This document shows positions 19,719-28,343 of a DNA stretch of 64,000 bases, piece by piece. A model generated the notes under the pieces. The model saw only the letters and a list, made by a program, of their open reading frames with translations, was not told where the DNA came from and searched no databases. Source of the DNA: a virus; IMG/VR virus record IMGVR_UViG_3300025133_000032; one strand, 5' to 3'. A program made the position numbers and the translations under genes. Each line of letters opens with the position of its first letter. Position 1 is the stretch's first letter.

Positions 19719-20183
19719 TTATTTACCTGTATGCCCAAATCCCTTGTCGCCTCGAGCCGTAGCCTCTTCTTCGTTAGTCCACTCTGCTTGTCCAACAATG
19801 GCAGAGTAAAGAACAAGCTGCGCAATCCTATCACCCTTCTTAATGAAATATTTCCCTCCTGCACAATATTCTTGATATTGTGAATTCAGTAAAATGACTT
19901 TTATTTCGCCTCTATATGATGGATCAATGATACCACCAACTGGAAATACGCCCTTGGCTGCTAAGCTTGAACGCCCTTCAATTTTTGCAAATGACACCAG
20001 ATGCTCTGGTTCTTCATGTAAGGCTAAGATTGTCTGGGGTAATGATACCCCTGTCTGTATCATTTGAGACAAACCTGGTGTAATCTGGTAATCCCCAGCT
20101 GCGTATAGATCATACCCTACATCTCCCTCAGATCTTGAGGGTAAAATTGCATCATCAACGACTTTTTTAAATTTAATCTTCAT
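19719..20183 (-). CDS. dut: Trimeric dUTPase
   Basis: GYDL, RSSLA, GIID.SYRGEI, GDRIAQL, RG.KGFGHTG. Confidence 0.95.
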   Translation of the reverse strand: MKIKFKKVVDDAILPSRSEGDVGYDLYAAGDYQITPGLSQMIQTGVSLPQTILALHEEPEHLVSFAKIEGRSSLAAKGVFPVGGIIDPSYRGEIKVILLNSQYQEYCAGGKYFIKKGDRIAQLVLYSAIVGQAEWTNEEEATARGDKGFGHTGK

Positions 20184-20457
20184 TTTTTAACCCACGCAAC
20201 AAGCGGTCTGAGCGTGTTTTGTCTTCGCATAAACGTTCAATCTCATCGCATAATGCTTCTCTGTAATTGTAGATCCTTGGAATACGTTCCTCGTCACCAT
20301 TTAGTCTAACCATATTTAACATAACGAGTAAATCAAAATTAGTCTGTACATCATAATCATCACATTCACTTATGAAATCATCATAAATTTTTGATACTGC
20401 ATCCCATGAGCCTAAACTAAAAAGATTATCCATAACGAGAAATATAAAGTCTGTCAT
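20173..20457 (-). CDS. Hypothetical protein
   Basis: Overlaps both neighbours. Confidence 0.6.
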   Translation of the reverse strand: MTDFIFLVMDNLFSLGSWDAVSKIYDDFISECDDYDVQTNFDLLVMLNMVRLNGDEERIPRIYNYREALCDEIERLCEDKTRSDRLLRGLKNED

Positions 20458-21677
20458 GCACCCTCCGGATCAATCACACCAGAGTCAGTAACAAGATCTG
20501 CTATAGATTGCATTTCTGCTAATGAATCCTCATCAATATCAAATGCCTTGTCAGAGTCAATCTTTCTAATCATATGGTACTCTATAAGTTTATCAAGATA
20601 GGGTCCATAAGTCTTATCGCTTAATAAATCATTGAATGTACTTTTATTAAACTTCTTCTCTAGTGTCACTGTACCTGAGGTTTGTTCGGTCACAGAAAAG
20701 TTCTTCCACGCGTGGGTGCCTGCAACCTCAATTTCATCATTATCTATGATGGCAGGCCCAGCTGCTCTAAGAGCATCAAATAGTTCCTCATGCTCCTCAA
20801 TACCCTTACCAAATATAATCCTAAAGTCACACTTCCTGAAGGGCGCTGATACTTTATTTTTTATAGTCTTTGCGTTCACATGGATGCCAATGACTTCTTT
20901 TTTATTATTCTCTATTTGCTTTCCAGCGCCGAGCTTAATACGAACTGAGGAGTGAAACGGGATTGCTTTGCCGCCAGAAGGAACTTGATTATCACCGAAC
21001 ATTTGGCCAATTGCAGTTCGCGTCTGGTTCAAACAAACGAATGTTACTTTATTATGACCAACAACCTGAGTTATTTTTCTAAATCCCTTTGATAAAGCAC
21101 GTGCCTGTAGGCCAATTGAATCTTTATCATAATCACCAAGGATTTCTGCCTTAGGCGAAGTTGCGGCAACACTGTCCCAAATGATTGTTACTGGTACATC
21201 CTTTTTTAGCGAACGTGTCTTCGTTATAATAGACTCAGCTAATGAAAAGACTTTTTCTGTGCAGACAGCGTTTGCGTAGATAAATCCAGAGCCAATATTC
21301 ACACCAAGTAAGGTTAAATTCTCTACAGACGTAGCATTCTCTGAATCTATGTATGCAACCAGACCACCAAGAGCCTGCGTGCTTATGGCAATTTGAGCTG
21401 CGATGTGTGATTTACCGATTCCTGGCGGTCCGAATATTTCGATAATGCGGCCCTCAGGTAGGCCGCCGCCAATTTGGTTTGATACATTATAATCGAGTTG
21501 TCTACAACCCGTACTTATCCACCTGTGTACTTTCGTTGGCGCATCATCAAACTTAAGATTGAATGCAACCTTTTCGCCCGCACCATGTTCAGTATTTAAT
21601 GCCTTAATTAAGTCAGAAGTAAAGTCATTTATACTAACTTCATCTTTTTTTGTTTTTTTGGCTCTCTTAGCTGCCAT
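20454..21677 (-). CDS. recA: RecA/UvsX-like recombinase
   Basis: GGLPEGRIIEIFGPPGIGKS, YIDSE, IWDSVAA, NQ.R, GG.A..FHSSVR, KNKVSAPF. Confidence 0.93.
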   Translation of the reverse strand: MAAKRAKKTKKDEVSINDFTSDLIKALNTEHGAGEKVAFNLKFDDAPTKVHRWISTGCRQLDYNVSNQIGGGLPEGRIIEIFGPPGIGKSHIAAQIAISTQALGGLVAYIDSENATSVENLTLLGVNIGSGFIYANAVCTEKVFSLAESIITKTRSLKKDVPVTIIWDSVAATSPKAEILGDYDKDSIGLQARALSKGFRKITQVVGHNKVTFVCLNQTRTAIGQMFGDNQVPSGGKAIPFHSSVRIKLGAGKQIENNKKEVIGIHVNAKTIKNKVSAPFRKCDFRIIFGKGIEEHEELFDALRAAGPAIIDNDEIEVAGTHAWKNFSVTEQTSGTVTLEKKFNKSTFNDLLSDKTYGPYLDKLIEYHMIRKIDSDKAFDIDEDSLAEMQSIADLVTDSGVIDPEGA

Positions 21678-21691
21678 ATATACCTCAAACT

Positions 21692-21732
21692 TTGAGGGGG
21701 AGATCTTGAGTATTCCAAGATCTCCCCCTCAA
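21692..21732. terminator. 17-bp perfect inverted repeat between ssb and recA
   Basis: ttgagggggagatcttg-N7-caagatctccccctcaa. Confidence 0.7.
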
Positions 21733-21747
21733 GTTTCTCTGTGTTTA

Positions 21748-22512
21748 TTAGTCGTCGTCAGACAGGCTTTTTAATGCGTCGAACGCAGAAGCTATATCAG
21801 TCGCCTGATCGCTTGAAACGTCAGTTGATGTATCACCAACCATCTCAGTACCCTCAGACTCTTTGTCTTCCTCGGTCATAAGATGATCTGCTATCCTTTT
21901 TTCAATTTCCTCAGTTGAAATAAGTGTATAGATAGTATCAATATCAGGAACTGAATCTACAAATTCCTTTATCTTGTCTGCAGACCCTGCCAATGGCGTT
22001 TGCTTAATTCTTGGGCGAACGTCAGTGTCTGCCCACTGCTTGCCAGGTTGCTTCTTTTGTTCAACAGTTATGTCTCTACCTTCTTCGATATCTGTAATAT
22101 CGCCGAAGTCAGCAAGCATGTCATTATACAATGACTGGCAAATCATCTTACCAAATCCCCAAAGCCGGACGCCTTGGTCTTCTTCACCACGTACAATAAC
22201 GGGTGCATAATACCTACGCTTTCCCCAAAATTGCTTTGAAAATTCACGAGTTTCCTCATCAGCTTCAAGTTTATTTTTAAGTTCCATGACTGGATCATCT
22301 TTCTTAAACTGGTATGGAGCAAGAATCGCTCTGCCCGTGCCAATTCCATAATAAAATACACGTTCTTTAAATGGTTGTCCGTCGTTGCCATCAGGCCAAG
22401 GAACAATTCTCAACTCATGCTTTTCGCCAAGAGTTGGTTTCCATAAATCCGATTTTCTGTTGCCAGAGAGTTGAGAAACTTTTTCTTTAATCTTACTAAA
22501 ATCAATAGCCAT
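21748..22512 (-). CDS. gp32-like single-stranded DNA-binding protein
   Basis: WKP...ELRIVPW, RYYAPVIVRG...GV.LWGFG, GDITD..EGRD, acidic tail; next to recA. Confidence 0.8.
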   Translation of the reverse strand: MAIDFSKIKEKVSQLSGNRKSDLWKPTLGEKHELRIVPWPDGNDGQPFKERVFYYGIGTGRAILAPYQFKKDDPVMELKNKLEADEETREFSKQFWGKRRYYAPVIVRGEEDQGVRLWGFGKMICQSLYNDMLADFGDITDIEEGRDITVEQKKQPGKQWADTDVRPRIKQTPLAGSADKIKEFVDSVPDIDTIYTLISTEEIEKRIADHLMTEEDKESEGTEMVGDTSTDVSSDQATDIASAFDALKSLSDDD

Positions 22513-22692
22513 TTTGCTTTGTCATCTTTATGCTGGTCCCATTCCAGCTAGGGAAATATTGTTTATTCTTAACAATGATTCTATAATGAATCAAAGTTAT
22601 ATAAATATATAGAATTTAGATGACTTTGTTTACTAAAAAGTCTGTAAAAGTAAAACAATAATTAACGTAAGAGTGCCCTAAAGCACATTTTA

Positions 22693-23880
22693 TTATTTTC
22701 CCTCTATTTTCCCATCAGCAAATGCACGAGCATTTATCTTCGCGTTTTTCCTTGATGCGGAGCTGGGTTGATTACTTGCGCCGAGGGGCAGCGTGTAACC
22801 TGATATTGCGCCAGTTGCCACAGCATTGAATTCGGTCGTCTGCTCCTGATCGTCGTCTTCATCAACGTCGTCAGGCTCAGCTAAAATGCCTTTTTCTTCT
22901 CTCAGTGTGAGGTTAATGAATCTTCTTAAATCTTTATTTTCCAAATTAATATCTCTTGGTGTACAGGCCATATTATCTTGCTTGCCGAGCTTTATTGATA
23001 TAGGACTACGAGTGCCCCACATTTCAATGCGGTCAACGGCCCACCCACCTGTAAATGGAATATGTTCTGGTGATTCACCTTTCTGTAAATACCCAAGTGT
23101 TATATGTCCGCTGAACTCTTGTCCTCCATCTGGACCATAATCATGTGTGACTGGAATTCCGGCTGCTAATAATGTCGATTTTAAATGATAATGCATATTC
23201 GCTAACTCTTTACCGACTGCTTTTATGTGGAATATATCACGTTCATCGTTATAAAAAAAATCTGTTCCCGCAATATCAACACGGAATGACGGTTGGGCAT
23301 CAAGAACAGCAGCAAGAATGTTTTTCGTCATCTCCACTTGGTGTGGATCAAGATCACCTATATAGAGCAATGTTATGTGCATTGGACTATCATCTTTAGC
23401 ATTCGTTAGTGAAATAGCTGGATAAGCTGCCTCAACTTTTCTTGCGATGTCAGGCGGAACAGCTATAAAGACACCACAACTTGAAGTATCGTTATAACCC
23501 TCAATTAATTCACCATGATGTAAACATGCGCTCAATGGAACATTAGGCTGGTTATGAACAGTATCACGAGGCTCAAGAAAATGCCTGTCCATTTTTTGAA
23601 ATAATTCATCATACCACTTTCTGTCGTCATCACCCATGATTTTATTCTGCATGAGCTCAGATGCATTTACGTCGGGAGACATAGATGGTTCACCATTAAT
23701 GGTTTTATGCGGCGGCATACCCATAAAACGGTTTGGTGTGTCTATACGCGATGACATTGCACCACCGCCTGAATGGCCTCGCCCAGTAGGTCCGGTCGCG
23801 ACCGCTTTATCGGCAGCTACGGGTGTTGTCGTAGGAAGAGGAAGACCATCGACTTTTTCTTTTCTTAATCTGGGTGACAT
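22693..23880 (-). CDS. Protein containing a 2H phosphoesterase domain
   Basis: Two HxT motifs (MHITLLYIG, GHITLGY) about 90 aa apart. Confidence 0.8.
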   Translation of the reverse strand: MSPRLRKEKVDGLPLPTTTPVAADKAVATGPTGRGHSGGGAMSSRIDTPNRFMGMPPHKTINGEPSMSPDVNASELMQNKIMGDDDRKWYDELFQKMDRHFLEPRDTVHNQPNVPLSACLHHGELIEGYNDTSSCGVFIAVPPDIARKVEAAYPAISLTNAKDDSPMHITLLYIGDLDPHQVEMTKNILAAVLDAQPSFRVDIAGTDFFYNDERDIFHIKAVGKELANMHYHLKSTLLAAGIPVTHDYGPDGGQEFSGHITLGYLQKGESPEHIPFTGGWAVDRIEMWGTRSPISIKLGKQDNMACTPRDINLENKDLRRFINLTLREEKGILAEPDDVDEDDDQEQTTEFNAVATGAISGYTLPLGASNQPSSASRKNAKINARAFADGKIEGK

Positions 23881-23885
23881 GCATA

Positions 23886-23892
23886 TAAATAT
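23886..23892 (-). promoter_or_regulatory. Putative late promoter motif ATATTTA
   Basis: Same motif and spacing at 44533, 50757 and 62500; variants at 8060, 42479, 60718, 40467. Confidence 0.55.
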
Positions 23893-23923
23893 AACACCCG
23901 TCTTGTTTATTCTAGCTATTAAA

Positions 23924-24880
23924 CTAACGCACTATAGTAACATTGCCGAGTTCCGTGATATCTGCGAGATTATACATTTCTTTTATTGTACGCAATAAAA
24001 ATTCATCATCTATATCCCAATTTAAGGTTGGCATAATTGGCTCTGCATCTTCTTCATGACCGACTTCAGCCAATCGCCAACTATAATCATGTTCATACCA
24101 TACTTTAAACTCCATTGTGGGTTTTAAATAAGGGCCTACATTAAGAAGCTTCCGTATGTATAGCAAAGGAGCGATAAACTCTTCAGTTGAAGCAAACTGC
24201 GAAACATATTCAGCAAACTCTACAAGATTTTCTTTATACTTCGATTTGTAGATTACATCTGCTACATCATTGAATGTTAGCATTTCATCAGGTTCTGCTT
24301 GCAAATCTAAAGCAGTTAATATTCTCTTGGGGTTGCTGCTTCTTGGTATTATAACTTCATCACCCATCTTTAGCTGGATGCCACCAGGGGCCGCAAGCGT
24401 AAACTTAAGGCTGCTATGTGATTCACTGCACTTCTTGGCAATGAATGAAAGAAGCATATGCCTAGGAAACCCTCTTAATATCCACTCATCGTCTCTAGGA
24501 ACTTTAGAGTACATAAGATCTACTTGAATTGGTTCACCTAGTTTAGGCGAAAATAAAACATGAACATTTCTACCAGTTTTCTTAACGTTCTGTGTTCCAA
24601 AAATAGGCTCACAGTACTCAAAAATTGATTTACGAATTTCAGCATCGCTCATTCCATAGCGGTCTAAAATAGGGTCCATAACATTTATGGCAATATCTAT
24701 ATCACTCAGTACTTCCTTGCCAGTAAGAAACCCACCTACAACAGCATAAGAAGCTATCGGGCTACCCTTCTCTCCAAAGAACTCATAAGTGAGACATTCC
24801 ATAAATTCATCAACTATTCCTACTACATCTTCTCGTTTTACAGGAACACATTCTTCATTTTTAAAAACGTTACCGCCCAT
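23924..24880 (-). CDS. Pol-beta-superfamily nucleotidyltransferase
   Basis: MGGNVF, VGG....K....DIDI, third Asp in QVDLM. Confidence 0.65.
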   Translation of the reverse strand: MGGNVFKNEECVPVKREDVVGIVDEFMECLTYEFFGEKGSPIASYAVVGGFLTGKEVLSDIDIAINVMDPILDRYGMSDAEIRKSIFEYCEPIFGTQNVKKTGRNVHVLFSPKLGEPIQVDLMYSKVPRDDEWILRGFPRHMLLSFIAKKCSESHSSLKFTLAAPGGIQLKMGDEVIIPRSSNPKRILTALDLQAEPDEMLTFNDVADVIYKSKYKENLVEFAEYVSQFASTEEFIAPLLYIRKLLNVGPYLKPTMEFKVWYEHDYSWRLAEVGHEEDAEPIMPTLNWDIDDEFLLRTIKEMYNLADITELGNVTIVR

Positions 24881-26078
24881 ATTGTTCTCCTATTAATGTT
24901 GCTCCGCCATATTCAAAAAAGCCATTGAGGTGATTAATCGCTGTAAAATACCCAGTAAATTTCCTAGGTTCTCCGTCCCAATTAAAAACGATGCCCTCAG
25001 CGTTACTTGTATATTTGGTAACATCTGGGATTCGTTTCAATGCTGTTTCAATTTGATCAATCACATGCGTTTGAGCGCCAATCCGGCCTGTAACGAGAGC
25101 TTCTTTAACTGCCATGACAGAGTCTTGTAGCTCAGATACCCTTACATTGTCAGGTTTAGCAAGTTCAAGTGCGTATAAACTGATGACATAAGAACCAAGC
25201 TTCTGAAAGAAGCTTACTAGCTTGTTTATTGACTCCGACATTACCAATGTTCTTGTTTTTTCTATGCCCTGGAATGCTTTCCATTGTTCTTTAGAAACAC
25301 CGGCCATTTTATGCGTAAATATACGTTTATCTTTCGTTGCAATCCTGCGCGCAGCAGCTTCAGCAACTCTGGGCTCAATGCCTAAGGTATGCTCTAAGCC
25401 TAAATATGATTTAACCATGCGTGTCTTAAGATCGCCCATGGTTAAATCATCATCATCGCAAAATTCTCGCATTAATGACTTAAAATCATACCTGCATTCT
25501 GTAATTTTAGAATCGACATTTTCTTTTACAAACTCTAATGTTGGAACTTCCTTAAAAATCCAGCCATCATTTTCCAAATCTTCGCTCTGCCAACAAAAAT
25601 CATAAAACTTAGCATTACGCTTCTGGCAAACATAATCAGTCTCTGTCCCTATAAGCTTAATTGGGCAAACATAATTATTTTTGTATGTAACGATGTTGAC
25701 AGTTTCATTACACAGAACCTCTGCTAAAATTGCGTATTTGCCGTTTTCGAAAATGTTAACTGGATGAATAGATGATTCTTTCACAGCAAATTGCAAAAAG
25801 TCATATGCTTTAATGAAAGCACTTTGCACATCAGGCTTCGTGTGATATCTCTTCATGAGGGCGGCGCGATTTAGTCCTCCCTTTCTGGCGAGCGTTTTAA
25901 TAATACCCTTACCTAAGAAGCGAACCTCGCCATCAATCACTGTAAATGTAAAATTTTGGCCGTCGAGTTTCTCTTTCACTGCAAACAGCTTGCCAGTAAG
26001 TGACGAAGTGATTAATACATCAACATCACTCAACAGGAGATCATCATCTTCATAAAAATTTAAGATATGCGGTTTCAT
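24870..26078 (-). CDS. Ligase-like protein with KxDG motif
   Basis: VKEKLDGQN (motif I-like), EGIVF (IV-like), KFTG (V-like). Confidence 0.55.
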   Translation of the reverse strand: MKPHILNFYEDDDLLLSDVDVLITSSLTGKLFAVKEKLDGQNFTFTVIDGEVRFLGKGIIKTLARKGGLNRAALMKRYHTKPDVQSAFIKAYDFLQFAVKESSIHPVNIFENGKYAILAEVLCNETVNIVTYKNNYVCPIKLIGTETDYVCQKRNAKFYDFCWQSEDLENDGWIFKEVPTLEFVKENVDSKITECRYDFKSLMREFCDDDDLTMGDLKTRMVKSYLGLEHTLGIEPRVAEAAARRIATKDKRIFTHKMAGVSKEQWKAFQGIEKTRTLVMSESINKLVSFFQKLGSYVISLYALELAKPDNVRVSELQDSVMAVKEALVTGRIGAQTHVIDQIETALKRIPDVTKYTSNAEGIVFNWDGEPRKFTGYFTAINHLNGFFEYGGATLIGEQYGR

Positions 26079-26083
26079 ATTTA

Positions 26084-26112
26084 ATTTTATTACGTGTATA
26101 AACTATTTACAC
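26084..26112 (-). promoter_or_regulatory. Sigma70-like promoter
   Basis: GTGTAA-N17-TAAAAT, 5 nt before ATG. Confidence 0.55.
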
Positions 26113-26142
26113 AAATTTATTCCGGAAGGTAAATCGCGGCTT

Positions 26143-26433
26143 TTAATCATGATTCATCCATCTATAATCGTCATACTCAGCGTCTTTGTTTCTTTTTTTC
26201 TGCTTTAACTTATCAATGTAATCAAGAATGTCTTTCAATGATACATCGATATTACTCATAGAATATGTACTATCGGCACGTTTGTAAAGAGTAAAATTTA
26301 CTCCCGCTTTTCTTAATTTTTTAAGTGCTTTATCTGCTTCTTTTTGTAAGTCTGCAGAAACAGTTTGTTGATACTCACAGTTGCAATATCTGCAGTCGCC
26401 GCCGCATCCACGGCATTCAATTCCACTCGTCAT
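26143..26433 (-). CDS. Small protein with N-terminal CxxC..CxxC
   Basis: CRGCGGDCRYC; SD agagg. Confidence 0.6.
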   Translation of the reverse strand: MTSGIECRGCGGDCRYCNCEYQQTVSADLQKEADKALKKLRKAGVNFTLYKRADSTYSMSNIDVSLKDILDYIDKLKQKKRNKDAEYDDYRWMNHD

Positions 26434-26445
26434 ATTAAACCCTCT

Positions 26446-27078
26446 TTAAAAAATTGCCTTTGCTGGGCTCAATACTGATTCTCTCGATTTTTCGCATTGT
26501 GTGGCCCATCTATCAGCATAATGAACTAATAATGCAAGCCGAGGTTCCTTCATACCATATGGCTTATTTTCAGGTACATATTGACCATCATTTAATAAGA
26601 TTCCAAGATATTCTTCCTGTGTCAGCTTCACCCCAAATTGACTCATCGTCCACAATCCCAGCTGTGCATTTGGCATTGTATTACCTGGACCAGGAAGGTA
26701 CATCATTCCACGTTCACGATGCCAATCTGATTTTTGCTCGACGTAATAATCTTCGCCATCATTTATGCCGCCTACTTTGCCCCAGTCATGAAAAAGTGAA
26801 GAAACAAGAAGCGACTCTTTGTCAATTTTTGCACTAGCAGCAACAGCAAACTTGATAGTATATTCAGCAACTCGTAATGAGTGATCAATAAACCCACCCA
26901 CAAAAGCATTATGGAACTCTATTCTTGATGAAGCTGGAGCAACTGCTGCCCTTTCTCCCATTTTTTCCAACATAGCCATGATAGGCTCTGTTTTTGAGCC
27001 AAGTTCTTTACAGTACGACTCAAATGTATTCCAGTTTGATTCAATTTTTGCCATTACGGCATCGTTATTCGATTTCAT
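26446..27078 (-). CDS. HD-domain phosphohydrolase
   Basis: APAS....H.AF.GG..DHSL.V, LFHD.GK, HYAD. Confidence 0.85.
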   Translation of the reverse strand: MKSNNDAVMAKIESNWNTFESYCKELGSKTEPIMAMLEKMGERAAVAPASSRIEFHNAFVGGFIDHSLRVAEYTIKFAVAASAKIDKESLLVSSLFHDWGKVGGINDGEDYYVEQKSDWHRERGMMYLPGPGNTMPNAQLGLWTMSQFGVKLTQEEYLGILLNDGQYVPENKPYGMKEPRLALLVHYADRWATQCEKSRESVLSPAKAIF

Positions 27079-28298
27079 TTAAACTTGTCATGATCAACAC
27101 AAAATTCTACGTCTAAATAACGAGTTTTTGTGCACTCATTTTTTATATTATTAATATAACTCATATAGTCAGGATGTACATCTAATATTAATGCATCATG
27201 AATTATGAATATAGGGTTAACTTTTAAGTTATTAGCCCTAATAAAATCTATCGACTTTAGAAACCCTAACGCTGCGGCAATGACGGCTGAAGATTGTAGA
27301 AAATAGTTTACTAGGACTCTGGGGTCATTCTTCTTGGGTATTATCTTTCGCCCAAAGAGGTTAGTTATGTAACCTACATCAGCTAACTGCTTCTTTAATT
27401 TATCTGCTAAGACCCTAATACCGAAGTATGATATTATGCCATGGTTTGCGTCAGACAACTCAGAACCCTTTAAGCCTGATATTTGTGATAGACGTTGCTC
27501 TTGCGCACCGTATAATACAGAGATTGTCATAACTTTTGCTACGTCTCTAGTAAACTTGTTATTAAATAATGCAGCATTTATGTCTGCATAAATATCATCT
27601 GGTATATCTCGACCTGCGGCAAAAAGTGCCAATCTAGGTTCAATAGATTTATAGTCTACAGATATTACTTCCCCACCCTCATATCGTGATTTTACTATCC
27701 CGCGGTGCCTTTTTGCCAATGTCAAAATCATTGGTCCTTCTTTAACAATTAGCCTGCCAGTTACCGTTGCTGTCTGGTCATATCTAACTTTGTTAGCAAA
27801 CCCAGATGAATTTGGCTTAAACGATGAAAGCGTCGTCTTTAAGGAACTATTCGTCTCAGCCTTTATGAGCGATGATAACCTATATACATCAATCGCCGCA
27901 TGTTCTAGTTCATCCAGACACTGCGTCGTGTCCAGGAATATATCTTTATAGTAGCCACATGTATCCGATTTTAAGAGCTTCTTGACATCATGTATTAATC
28001 GTACAATAAAACTATCAAAAGCATGTTTTGGTAAACATTGTCTCCAGCTTATCGTTTTTAGTGTTTCGTCGCTCTTTAATGATGACAACATAGCACCAAA
28101 AGCAGATGATGGGGTAATATCGATGCTTGTCCCAGACAACAATGCTAATTTAGCAATATCTAGTTGTGCTGCGGGATTGCCCAGTGTCCATGAATTTTGA
28201 GGAAAGTTGGGACTCCAAGTTACCTGGCTTGTTTGAGTGTTGAAAATGAGATGCTGGTTTTCTCCCAATATATGATTCGCTATGCAAATTAATACCAC
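27075..28298 (-). CDS. Family A DNA polymerase domain without recognisable exonuclease domains
   Basis: TVTGRL, DYKSIEPR (motif A), R..AK......LYG (B), N.F.QS, IHDAL (C). Confidence 0.85.
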   Translation of the reverse strand: MVLICIANHILGENQHLIFNTQTSQVTWSPNFPQNSWTLGNPAAQLDIAKLALLSGTSIDITPSSAFGAMLSSLKSDETLKTISWRQCLPKHAFDSFIVRLIHDVKKLLKSDTCGYYKDIFLDTTQCLDELEHAAIDVYRLSSLIKAETNSSLKTTLSSFKPNSSGFANKVRYDQTATVTGRLIVKEGPMILTLAKRHRGIVKSRYEGGEVISVDYKSIEPRLALFAAGRDIPDDIYADINAALFNNKFTRDVAKVMTISVLYGAQEQRLSQISGLKGSELSDANHGIISYFGIRVLADKLKKQLADVGYITNLFGRKIIPKKNDPRVLVNYFLQSSAVIAAALGFLKSIDFIRANNLKVNPIFIIHDALILDVHPDYMSYINNIKNECTKTRYLDVEFCVDHDKFK

Positions 28299-28343
28299 AT
28301 TATAATTATAACACGATTATAATGTGGTTTGCAACCTAAATTA

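Noticed and set aside
14509-21677. Inteins in RNR, helicase or RecA
   Set aside because: Lengths and motif spacing are normal; no Hint or LAGLIDADG blocks seen.
22520-22560. gp32-type autoregulatory pseudoknot upstream of ssb (UCCC/GGGA and GCUGG/CCAGC)
   Set aside because: Loop lengths (2 and 0 nt) make both stems forming together implausible; only a small hairpin is supported.
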